In this document: piece by piece, positions 1 through 10,686 of the stretch
Layout: the number at the start of each line of letters is the position of its first letter
Numbering within the stretch: position 1 is the first letter of the stretch
Assembly: GCA_002104905.1 (NCBI GenBank)
Contig: MCFE01000755.1
Span: forward strand, 1-38,996
Source: Basidiobolus meristosporus CBS 931.73
Taxonomy: Eukaryota; Fungi; Basidiobolomycota
DNA length: 38,996 nucleotides
Direction of reading: 5' to 3'
Notes under the pieces: generated by a model
Database searches by the model: none
Seen by the model: only the letters and a program-made list of their open reading frames with translations
What the model was told of the DNA's origin: nothing
Made by a program: the position numbers and the translations under genes

Positions 1-69
1 ATACACCAAATTACACAGCAATCGTCAAGACTTTCCACTTAAATGTGAACGATCAGGGGGGGGGCTATA

Positions 70-197
70 TGTGATGTTAACCATGTGGAGCATACCCAGC
101 ATACTTCTTGACGGCTTGGTAGGTGCATCATCAGTTCCGCATTGAAGCGGCTTAGTAGCAATATGCCATTGATTGTTGCGTTGAAGTTGTTGTTACA
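70..197 (+). repeat. Putative short 3' LTR (TGTGA...TTACA) of an element running off the left edge, preceded by a G9 polypurine run (56-64)
   Basis: TG...CA bounded 128-bp segment after AGGGGGGGGG; bases 1-197 keep 6 CpGs, unlike the flanking DNA. No second copy or TSD is visible, and the 5-nt gap after the PPT is longer than usual. Confidence 0.35.
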
Positions 198-690
198 TCT
201 TCTCATGAGTTTTAGGATTTAGCTTGCAGGATATTAGGTGGTTCCCAGCATTAATGAAGTCCTGGATGCTATCAAAATTTTCAAATATATCTACATGACC
301 CTGAATTTTGCACGCAGCATCCTGATACCTTGCTCTGAAGATTCTTTCCATTGGCTCTAAGAAGCCCATCACAAAGTGCACACACTTTATTTTGTTGTAG
401 GTTTTGTATCAACACCTGAATGCTGCATGTATTTGGTCAATCTTACTATTTCTTGCCCAAATACTTGATTGCAATTTCTTGTGCATATTAAATGTGTCTG
501 GTCCACCAAGACCATGAAAAGGATGGGTGATACTTTTGCATGTTGCAAATTTTGTAATTATACCTACACATTGATGTAGGAATCTAAGGAGTATTGGAAG
601 TGATTTGGAGAAATAGAAGAGCTGCACAATGCTCATTTGTATGGAAAACTCCCTTGCTACACCTGAATACTCACCTAACTGAGTCACTTT

Positions 691-1038
691 TGTTGTGAGA
701 ATTTCGGAGATATTGGAAGTGACTGGGAGAACAAGTAGATGATGTGGTTTTCACATAATGACTTATTGAATGTAAAAGTGGTATTTATACTTTTACATGA
801 ACTTGGCATAACAAACACATAGAAAAGACTTAGGAAGGTCCCAAGAGCATGTGTGCAAGGTTTGGGGCTGTTTGGACAGCATAGAATATTCTTACCAGAA
901 TATCAGGTATTCAGAACATGGAAATAAGATAAGTAAATCCCAACAAGGGATTTGGTCAGTATTCACTAGAATTTGAAGATAATGATCCAAGTACTAAATA
1001 AGATGAATATTTAGGTGGAATTACAAGTTTTTACAACA
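691..1038 (-). repeat. copia 3' LTR (348 bp)
   Basis: TGTTGTGA...TTACAACA termini; same length as and homologous to 8611-8958; also homologous to 16113-16448 and 32460-32806. Confidence 0.9.
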
Positions 1039-1047
1039 CTCCCACTC
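1039..1047 (-). promoter_or_regulatory. copia polypurine tract (GAGTGGGAG)
   Basis: Purine run directly abutting the LTR start on the minus strand; the same motif lies at 10802-10809. Confidence 0.75.
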
Positions 1048-1283
1048 AACTAAATGTTTGTACTGACTAGTCCTAATATTGACCTAAGATATTCAAACTT
1101 GCCTCTAGCTAATGGCTTGGTAGATATGTTGGCAATCCTTTCATCTGTAGGACAGTAAGCTAAGTTAACTAAGTTATTCTCTATAGCTTCACATATGAAA
1201 TGATGTCTAATATCTATGTGCATGGCTCTAGCATGAGAAGCTGGACTTCTACTAAGTTGTATACATCCTTGATTATCTTGAAA

Positions 1284-1978
1284 TAAAGGAATAGGCATTT
1301 TTTGACATGAACCTAAATTCTGCCATTGTGGTAGAAAGTGCCATGGTTGGTTGCTTTCTTAAATTCCATGAAATTGCTCCTTTACAGTAAAGAAAAGTGT
1401 ATCCTATGGTGGATCTTTGTCTTCTAAATTTTGTCCCCAATCAGCATCAGAGTATCCTAAAGATTTTGTTCTGAATACATATAGGTGTACCTTTAGCAAA
1501 TATCAGCAGTTTCTTTTAGGTATCTAAAAATCAGCTTAACTGTTGCAATATGTTCAGATCCATAGTTCTGATTATGCTGGCTGACAACCTCCACTGAATA
1601 TAAAGTAATAGGCGTTTTTTGACATAGGCCTAAATCTGTAAAAAGCTTTCTTAACCACATTACTTCTTTTGTAGCTTCACAGGCTGCCATGTACTCTGCC
1701 TCTGCGGTAGAAAGTGCTATGGTTGGTTGCTTTCTTTAAAAAAATGAAATTGCTCCTTTACAGTAAAGAAAGGTTTATCCTGTGGTGGATCTTCTGTCTT
1801 CCAAATTTGGTCCCAATCAGCATCAGAGTATCCCACAAGATCCTGTTCTGAATTCTTATAAGTGTATATTAAGCAGATATCAGTGGTTCCTTTTAGGTAT
1901 CTAAAAATCTGCTTAACTGCTGCAATATGATCAGATCCATAGTTCTGATTATGTTGGTTGACAACTCCCACTGAATAT
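1284..1978 (-). repeat. Internal tandem duplication of the RT-end/RNase H start (units ~1284-1601 and ~1602-1978)
   Basis: YSV(G/E)VV(N/S)QHNQNYGS(D/E)HIA-VK-IFRYLK and YSDADW each occur twice in tandem; the left unit lacks ~60 bp. Confidence 0.85.
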
Positions 1979-4900
1979 GAGATATCTGGACGTGTTCCAA
2001 GCATAATATACATCAGACTGCCAACCATAGATTGATAAGGAAAGTCAGGGCTTTCAGATGGCACCAAGCTCTCTTATTTGGTTGAGTTTTGACCAAGTTA
2101 AGGTTTGTCTCCATTGGGGTAGCTGCCAGTTTACAGTCTTCCATTTGGTACTTCTTTAGTATATCTTGAATATACTTGGATTGGCTTAGGGTAATAGTCT
2201 GGGTACTTCTGTCTATGGAGAACTTTATCCCTAAGTAGTAAATCAGTTCTTCTGGATTGGACATCTTGAGCTCTTTAGATAGGCTGGATTAAGTCTCTTC
2301 CAATGCTTCTAGGTTATTGGCGGATATAATAAGATCATTCACATATAGAGCTAAGCAAATTGGATTTACTCAACCTGGCTTATAGTATGTACTAAAGTCA
2401 GCATTACTCCTTTTGAAACTCAAAGATTTCAGATAAGAATCTATCTGGCAGTTCCAGGCTCTCAGTGATTGTTGCAGTCCATAAAGAGACTTTTAAGCTT
2501 GAAGACTAAGTGTGGGTTATCTTGGTCAACAAAACCATTAGGCCAGCTCATATACATATCCTCATCAAGTTCTCTATCCAAAATGCTGCTTTTATATCCA
2601 TTTGATGTATCAATAACTTATATCTGTCTGCAATAGCCAATATTAATTTGATGGAAATAAACTTGGCCACCTATGCAAATATCTTCAAATAGTCAAATCC
2701 TTTTATTTCAGAGTATCCTGAGGCCACAAGTCTTGCTTTGTGTCTTTCAATTGTACCATCAGCCTTGTATGTTGTCTTAGAAGGCCCATCTGCATCCAAT
2801 TGATTTTTGGTTGATTGGTAATTTGACAAAGTCCCAAGTTTGATTTTCCATCAGGGCCTGATATTCCGCAGTCATTGCAGATCTCTAAAGCTTGTCTGAG
2901 GGCTATTTAGGGCCTCTGTTACAGTCTGGGGCTCATCAATATGGACTGAATAGTTATAGGCAAAGTTTGTACCCTCATTGATATAGTAATTTGGGCTATT
3001 TCTTGTCTGGTTGGATCTCCAGGCATTTGATACTGGAATGATCACTTCTGGGATATTCCTGGGCACTGATTCAGGCTGAACCAATGTTGTAGAGTCCTCT
3101 GGAGTGAAAAATATTTCATTGTTTTGCTCTGATTTGATTCTGACAATTGGTGGACTTGAGATCAGATTCTTGTCATCATCTTATGTTGTTTTTTGTGAAA
3201 ATTTTGAGTTTTCATCAAACAAAACATATCTGGACTTGATTGGCTTCTTTCCTTAGTATTGTAGAGTCTGTATGTTTTACTCTCATTGCAGTGACCCAAA
3301 AATATGCATTTTACACTTTTTGGCTCATATTTTGACTAATTTCTGGGCAGGTTTCTTGGCATATGCTGCACACCCAAATGTTCTGAGATATTCTGCACTT
3401 AGTCTGTATGTACACCATGCTTCAAATGGAGTAGAAGCACTACATTTTTGGCTATAACTCTTATTTCTAAGGTATACTGCTAGAGCAACTGATTCTGCCC
3501 AAAAATCATAGGATAACTTTTGATCATGGATCCTAAATAGTGCTGTATCTGTTACTGATAGATTTGCATGTTCTGCTACTCCAGTTTGCTGTGGGGAATA
3601 TGGTACAGTAGTGTCTTGCTTTATCCCTTGAATTTTGCACAAGTGGATGAAGTGTTTTGAGGTATATATCCACCATTGTCAGTGTATATTTGGTTAATTT
3701 TACACCAGTTTCTTTCTCCATCAAGACTTCAAGCACCCTGAGCTTAGACAGAGCTTCTTCCTTTCTCTCTAGGAAGTAGACCCATGTTTATTGCTTATAA
3801 TCATCAATATAAGTGATTAACTACTTTGTCCCATCAAAGGATGAATTTTGCATAGGTCAACACAGATCTGCATGAATCAGATCTAATCTTGTCTTAGTAT
3901 TAATTATCCCAGAGTTCTTGAACAGTTGTCTGGCTTGTTTCCCATACATGCAGGCTTCACAGTGCTCCAAATTAGCTGGGGGATCATTGTTACTCCTGAG
4001 ATTAGCTGATCATTGGTCACTTTTGCAAATAATCAAAATTGATGTGTCCAAATCTCTTGTCCCAAAGCAGGGTGTTTCTTCATCTAAGCCACAAATGTTG
4101 GCTTCTAGTTATCATGGAATACATGTCAAGTTCTATAGATTCTGATCACTGATACCAGAAGCAAAATGGTTACTTTTCTGATCAGTGATCCTGCATCAAA
4201 AATTTTCAAAGCTAAAACTGAGTCCTTCTGCAGCGGCCTTGCTTACAGATAGTAAGTTCTTGGCTATTTCTGGTTCACAGTCACTTTTATTAATGTAGGT
4301 GTATAGCTTCTCTCACTGCTTATGGCATCCTTCACTGGTTCTAAGATATACTTGGAGAGTTCCTGCTCTCACTGCATCAAGTGTTCTATTGTTGCCCACC
4401 AAAGTTTTCCTGATTGGATTCTCTTGATTTTGTATAAAAGTGCCTTTTGATGTTTAAAGTCTTGAGATGCTCCAGAGTTAATGTACTGCATCTGAGAGTC
4501 CTTGCTTGTGCTCATTTTTATTGCAGATACAAGAAGTCCATCTTCTGTTGTTGCACCATTTCTGTAGTCAGGCTTCTTTAGCTGATTATCTCTTGTTTTG
4601 AAGCACAGGTCTTATGTGTGTCCTTTCCTTTTGCAGTAGTAGAAAAACATATTGCTGTGGCCCTTGAAAATTCTTGAGTACCTCATCCATTAGGAATCAT
4701 TGCTTAATAATGCATTTTCTTCTTCCTTCCTCTTGGCACAGGATGTTCTTAATTCTTCATTCAGGAGCCTAAGATATATAAAATTAAAGGTCAAATCTCA
4801 TTTCTGGACTCTAAGGCCCATAGAAGGCACTGAAACACATTTGTCAGGCTATTCCAGATGGTAACTGGCACAGCATTTTCTGTAGTTGGTACACCCACAG

Positions 4901-5336
4901 ATTCCATCATGTTCATCAGTTGGGTAATTCTGTTAATTAAATTTCTCATATCTTCTTCTGACAGCATCTTTGTAGTTATGAATATCAACCTACAATACAT
5001 TCTCTTAGCATCTGAGCATGACTGGTGTGTGTCGTTGAATGCCTTCCAGGTATTCTTTGCAGTTTTTGTACTTGAGCATTGAATTAGAAATTTGTCTTTC
5101 ATATTAAGGCAAATGCAGTTAAAGGCACATTCATATTTCTTCTGGTACTTTGAGGCTTCCATTACCACATTTTAGGAGGGCATTCTTCTCCCATGACAAT
5201 ATCCCATAGACCTCTTTCTTGTAGCAGCATCTTCATCCACACCTTCCACACCTGGTAGTTAGATCCTTCAAACTTTTCAGTTGAGGGAAAGATACCAGTA
5301 CCAGCGGTAGTAGATATTGCAGAGAGTGACAGCTTG

Positions 5337-5348
5337 GGGCACATTACC
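5337..5348 (-). promoter_or_regulatory. Probable primer-binding site for the tRNA-iMet anticodon region (half-tRNA priming)
   Basis: GGTAATGTGCCC directly after the 5' LTR; 10/12 match to GGTTATGAGCCC, the complement of the iMet anticodon stem-loop. Confidence 0.5.
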
Positions 5349-5481
5349 TGTTGTAAGAGTCTTGGAGATATTGGAAGTGATTGGGAAAACAAGTAGATTA
5401 TGTGATTTTCACTTCAGGATATATTCAACATAAAAGTAGCACTTATACTTTTGTATGATCTTGGCATACAAGCACATAGTA
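5349..5481 (-). repeat. copia 5' LTR, truncated
   Basis: TGTTGTAAGAGTCTTGGAGATATTGG... aligns to 691-822; homology stops near 5481. Confidence 0.85.
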
Positions 5482-6260
5482 TAGGCTCTAGACCAACAGG
5501 CAATAGCTTACAGTGCAGAGTTGTCTCCCAGATAAACCTTTGTTACAGGAATAGTCTTTAAGTTGGTCAGCCACCCCTCAGCACCACATATATGCTGCAG
5601 TGCTCCAGAGTCAATGTATCATTCATTACTACAATTACTTGTACTCTCTTGTACAGTTACAAATAACTGCTCTTTTGAGGTTATATGGATTGCCTGCTCT
5701 AGTCTCTGCTTTTGTCTGCTTATTTCTTCTTGCATTCTCTTGCCCAGTGTCCTGGCCACCCAGAGTACTTACAGCAATCTGGCTTTCTTTGGTTCTGTAC
5801 TTCTCCTTCTTTTCTGTGTGCCTTTCAGAGCTGAGTAAAGCTTCCTCTTCAATTCACTCTGCTTGGTCATTACATCTGAATTCTTTATGGGGGAGTCTTT
5901 GGCAACCTAATCTAAGGTCAGATTGTCATCTCTACTTTCAAGAGAAAGTATGAGTGGCTCATACTTATCTGGTAGCTGCAAAGCAGAAGAGTATCTTCTC
6001 TTCATCATCTATACCAGCATGGATACTATAAAGCTCTCTACAGGTGTCTCTATGTTAGTGATGAGTGTTGGCAAGTCATCCTCTGGCTTCTCCCTCATAC
6101 TCAAGAACTTGCTTTCTAGATAATACATGTTTAATATTGACTTTTCTCTGAAGAGCTTCTCTGAGGATTCCCATGTTGCTTTATCATTATTAGAAGCATG
6201 AATTTGACCAATGAAGGAGTCCTGCACACTTATACATATGGCAAAAAATGCTTATCTCTC
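5482..6260 (-). pseudogene. gag-protease fragment of a second, different copia family
   Basis: Gag-like ATWESSEKLFREKSILNMYYLESKF (6009-6227), decayed CCHC knuckle CKY[S]GWPGHWAREC (5732-5774), protease YIDSGALQHM (IDSGA at 5601-5615) followed by VYLGDNS. Confidence 0.75.
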
Positions 6261-6289
6261 CATTCTTGAAACTTTTGAACTTATTTAGA

Positions 6290-6445
6290 AACACTGGAAG
6301 AGACTAAATCCAGCCTATCTGATGAGCTCTAGATGTGTAAGATATGAGAGCGCAGTCATAACATAGGGATGTAGCTCCCTATAGACAGAAGTACCCAGAC
6401 AATCACCCTAAGTCAATTGGAGTGCATTGAGGATATATATAAAAG
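6290..6445 (+). pseudogene. Short copia RT fragment, plus strand
   Basis: GGAAGAGACTAAATCCAGCCTATCT and ATAGACAGAAGTACCCAGACAATCACCCTAAG match the reverse complement of ~2170-2310. Confidence 0.6.
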
Positions 6446-6465
6446 GGTTAAATAGATGACTGTAA

Positions 6466-8498
6466 CCCTATGAAGAATAATTTAGTCTTTCAGGATGATC
6501 CAATCAAAATCAACCACCAGAATCCTGCAACAAGGCTACCATTATGCAAGTTATTTGGAAGCATTGACCCTCTACAAAATATTCTAGTGGGATTGTGGTG
6601 GTGTTTTGCTACTGTTAGTAGTAAATGAATAATTACCTTGATGATGTTTTGATGGTTTTTAGCAAGACAAGCATGGCATATACATGATTTTAATATGAAC
6701 TACATCTATTCAAGTGGGCCTAACTGACAAATATATATAATTGCATTATGTGGTAAGAAGCTTGATGGTGTCTTGATGGCCATGATGTGACCATTGTTGG
6801 CATTATCATGGCAGTATGGCAGCCTATGGCTTGTCCTATATAAAGCTGCCATAACAATTTACCATATGGTATAGCCTTTTGACCTCCCCTTGCACTATTC
6901 ATATATTCCATTGTGCCATTGTCCTTGTTTACTGGCTTACCACTATTACCATGGGCATTCTGCCTATAGTTTGGATAAAAGATTATGCCTCCTGTTTGCT
7001 AACCTCTATATGCATGCACACCTGCTGCTACTGACACACTTATATCATCTCCAATCTATGGCTTTGTGGTGTGATATATGCAAAGTCACTTTATACCCTA
7101 TATTGCTTGTGACATATACATCATGCAAATATATGCTTATTTGCCCCATATTTTGCCATGAACACCTTATGAATATCCAGTCATGACCTTCAGGTACTTG
7201 ACCAATATATTCCTTGACCATAATGGGTCCTAGCTCCCCAGATAGGCATGTTGTCACTCTTGTTTGTGCTAGTTCTGTATCAAAAGGTGAAGAAATTGTC
7301 TTGTATCAAAGAGAAGCCTGCAACTCTTGAATAAAGTTGTGATAATGAGAATTAGCTGCTTGTTGAATTACAACTAACCTTAAAGTGCTGAACTGATTAC
7401 CCAACAATTGGGGCAGCATGATCTATTAATGCCAAAGGCATAGGTGTATCTGAGCACACATCTGTGCCCACAATCTTCAAGCTCTTACTATCTGTGCTTC
7501 ATGTGCCAACTCATCACACCCAGACTGGGAGGTAATAGCACCTGCAGCTTAACTCTTCCTCCTTTCTCCCCACACATTTGCTTTATGGAAAACTCCCAAA
7601 AGGTGAATCTGTTGAAATAAACAAGTGAGATATATACTAATTATTAGGAATTAGTGAAGTACAGAATTTTAGGATAATTGGAATCTTGTCCAAATGAGCA
7701 GATACTTGGCAAATGTACTTGTGAGACTCCCTTAATATTGACCAAATGGTTACATTTAAGTAGTTCTGCAATAATTATAAATATTATGTTGCAACTCCAT
7801 AAATCAACAAGTAAATATTGTAGAAATCATCTAAATCTGCTTTCACTCCCAATACACCTCTCTCATATTTGAACAGACACAAGGCGCAATTTTTCCTACA
7901 ATGAGGATAGAATAGAAAATGGATACAGTAGGGACAGAGATCTGCAAAGTCAGCCTTATGCTTGGAGTACACCTGCTCAAACCTTGCAACAAGCACCTGG
8001 CATAAAGTATTATATGAGCTGAGTTAGAATTGATGATTGGCTTCCAAAAAAATACACCCAAAATATACCATGTGACCCCAATGCTGCTAATCAGCTCTGG
8101 GTGTAAACTGCCTCAGAAGGCCACTTCAATAAATATGTATTCAGTCCATATAGTCCTTTGGAATATGTATATAAGTATTTGTCAGAGTTGAGGAGAATTA
8201 TTTGGGTAGCAGATACTCTGTATTATAATCCTTATTCTTTCAGATATCTGTGGTATCTCTAAGGCCTGAATTAGCTTGAAATGCCTCAGTGTGGTTTGTC
8301 ATTAGTACTAAGAGATTGTTGAAGAGCAATGCGTTGCTTGCAGTGATGCTTTGACTCAAACAGATTTCTTACATCTTAGATATCTCCAGTTTTTGACTAG
8401 TTCAATATTACAGCCAATAGCAATAAGCTGGCTGGCTTTGCTGCTGTTGCACACTGACTCCAGAATGTCATCTCCTTGGAAAGAATATGTTCTTAGTG
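6466..8498 (-). mobile_element. CACTA/CMC transposon copy 1 (old, diverged 3' half)
   Basis: Starts CCCTATGAAGAATAATTT like 8499 and 35202; contains a decayed transposase C-terminal region (RFEQVYSKHKADFADLCPYCIH) collinear with 35202-37029. Confidence 0.8.
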
Positions 8499-8610
8499 CC
8501 CTATGAAAAATAGTTTGGTCCCACTGGTGGATCCAATCCAGATCAGCTGTCAGGATCCCATTTAAAGACCATCATATTACCAGCAACTTGGAATTAGTGA
8601 CCCTCCTAAT

Positions 8611-8958
8611 TGTTGTAAAAAATTTGTAATCCCACCTAAATATTCACCTAACTTAGTCACTTAGATCATTACCCTCATATCCTAGAGAATACTGACCAAA
8701 TTCCTTGTTGGGATTTACTTAGAATATTTTCACCAAAATACTAGGTGCCCAGAACATGAAAATTCTCAAAGTTGTCCAAACAGCCCAAACTTTGCACACA
8801 TGTTCTTGGGACCTTCCTAAGCTTATTCTATGTGTTTGTAATGCCAAGACCATGTAAAAGTATAAATACTACTTTTACATCCAATAAATCATTAAGTGAA
8901 ACCACATAATCTACTTGTCCTCCCAATCACTTCCAATATATCTAAGACTCTTACAACA
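8611..8958 (+). repeat. Solo copia LTR with 5-bp TSD
   Basis: TGTTGTAA...TTACAACA, 348 bp; flanks CTAAT (8606-8610) and CTAAC (8959-8963); the empty site in CACTA copy 3 reads CCCTC-CTGAC-AATC. Confidence 0.95.
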
Positions 8959-9328
8959 CTAACAATCTTATGACAGGATCACAACAGTACTTTACTAATT
9001 TTACAACCAAATAAAGGGATGAAACTTGACAAGATTTGATTGGTGTTGTGACAATATTGACATGGTATTGTTGTGGTCTTTTAGCGCTCTATAACTATTT
9101 TAAGCAGATCCAATTGGCCAGGACATCCAATTGCTTTATATGGCAAGAAACATGACAGTATTGCAACAGCCACACAGCATAACTTGATGGCATTATATTG
9201 GCAGTATGATGGCCTACAGCTGGTTCTGTATAATGCTACCATACCAATTTACCAAATGGTATTTCCTTTTTCCACCTCCCCTTGTGCATTTCATATGTTC
9301 CACTGTAGAATCACCCCTCTTTATTTGA

Positions 9329-10686
9329 TTACCCACTACTACCTTGGGTACTCCACATATAGTTTGAATCAAAAAAAACTATGGCCTCCTGCTTACTAAT
9401 CTCTACAAATGCGCACACCTGCCACAATTGACATACTTCTATCACCTCAACTTTACAGCTTTTTAGTGTAATACTTGCAAAGTGGCCATATACCTTGTAC
9501 TGCTGGTAACTTACATATCTTGCAAACATATGCTTTGTTGTTGCCACTTCTGCCATGAATACCTCCTGAATATCTGCAAAAAACTTCTTGATATTTAGAC
9601 AATATTTTCCTTCTCCCTGCTGAATTATAGTCCCCCTTATAGATGTGCTCTGGCTTTTGTTTGTGTGAATTCTGTATTAAATAGTGTAGAAGTTGGCTTG
9701 CAACCATGAGAAATCCAGCATACCTTGGCAGAGTTTTCCTGATAAAAATTAGTTGCTTGTTGCACCCAACCCAAATTTGCATTACTTAGCTGATTACCCA
9801 TGCATTGGGGCTGCTTAGCCTCTTAATCCCATATGAATAGGTGTTCCCATGTGCACCTCTGTCCTCAGTATTTTCCAACTCTTCCTGGCTGTCCTCCATG
9901 TGCCAACTCATTGCATCCATGACAGACTTGAAGTTAATATTCTTGATGAGATTGGGATATGGCAAAAACTGCAACTTGACTTATCTTCCTATCTCCCCAC
10001 ACATCTGCTCATTAGGAAGCTCCCAAAAGGTGAAGCAAGGCCTAATATTCTCCACACACTGTGCAAGATGGAGTAGATAATAGATACCGTAGCGGCAGAG
10101 ATCTACGCATTCAGCTTTATGTTTGTAGTATAGCTGCTCATATTCTGTCACAAACTCCTTGCACAACAGCTGTAGATGCAGCAAGTTGGCATTGGTGATC
10201 TGCTTCTGGATAAATATTCCTACAATGTCCACATATTACTCCCAATGCTTCCAATGTACTCTTGGTAGGAATGGCTTCAGAATGCCACTTGAATAAATAC
10301 ATATCCAGTTCATCCTGTCTTTGTATTTAAATTGTTGCATATGCGTATGACTATTAATTGAAGCCCATGAGAAGTACTTTGGGTAGCAGATACTCTGTAA
10401 TATCTTGCCAATTCTTTCAAATTTCTCCAGTATCTCAAAGGGTGCATTTAGCTTGAAATGCCCCATGAACAACTTGGTCATCAGTATAGGGATATTGTTG
10501 AAAAGCAAATGCATTGCTCCCAGTGGAAAGCTTTTGCTCCAACAGATACCCTCTATCTTAAGTATCTCTGGTTTTCAATTGACCCATTATCCTGGCCAAT
10601 GACTTATAGCTTGTCAACTTTGCTGCAATTGCATGCTGACTAGTGTATCTTCTCTCTGTGGAAAGATGATGTTCTTAGTGCTGGTG
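9329..10686 (-). pseudogene. CACTA transposase C-terminal half (copy 2)
   Basis: ORF pieces 10236-10514, 9981-10232 (YLLHLAQCVENIRPCFTFWELPNEQMCGEIGR), 9786-9974 and 9329-9556 match 36135-37688 and 35678-36070. Confidence 0.85.

Larger units (their letters stand above)
1050..5392 (-). pseudogene. gag-pol: copia gag-pol, broken by many stops and frameshifts
   Basis: ORF fragments 5162-5392, 4791-5168 (gag), 3325-3642 (integrase), 2013-2264, 1717-2067 (RT), 1493-1690, 1050-1298 (RNase H) carry recognisable copia motifs. Confidence 0.9.
691..5481 (-). mobile_element. Ty1/copia LTR retrotransposon copy 1 (degenerate; 5' LTR truncated)
   Basis: LTR 691-1038, PPT, and minus-strand domain order gag (FEGSNYQVWKVWMKMLLQERGLWDIV), protease, integrase (TVPYSPQQTGVAEHAN), RT (YQSMVGSLMYIMLGTRPDISY), RNase H (HARAMHIDIRHHFICE); second LTR starts at 5349. 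Confidence 0.92.

Noticed and set aside
7608-7846. Spliceosomal intron in CACTA copy 1 (minus-strand GT...TTTCAACAG with a CTAAT-like branch point)
   Set aside because: Splicing at these sites leaves a 4-nt deficit relative to copy 3 and breaks the frame; a direct-repeat-bounded insertion fits better.
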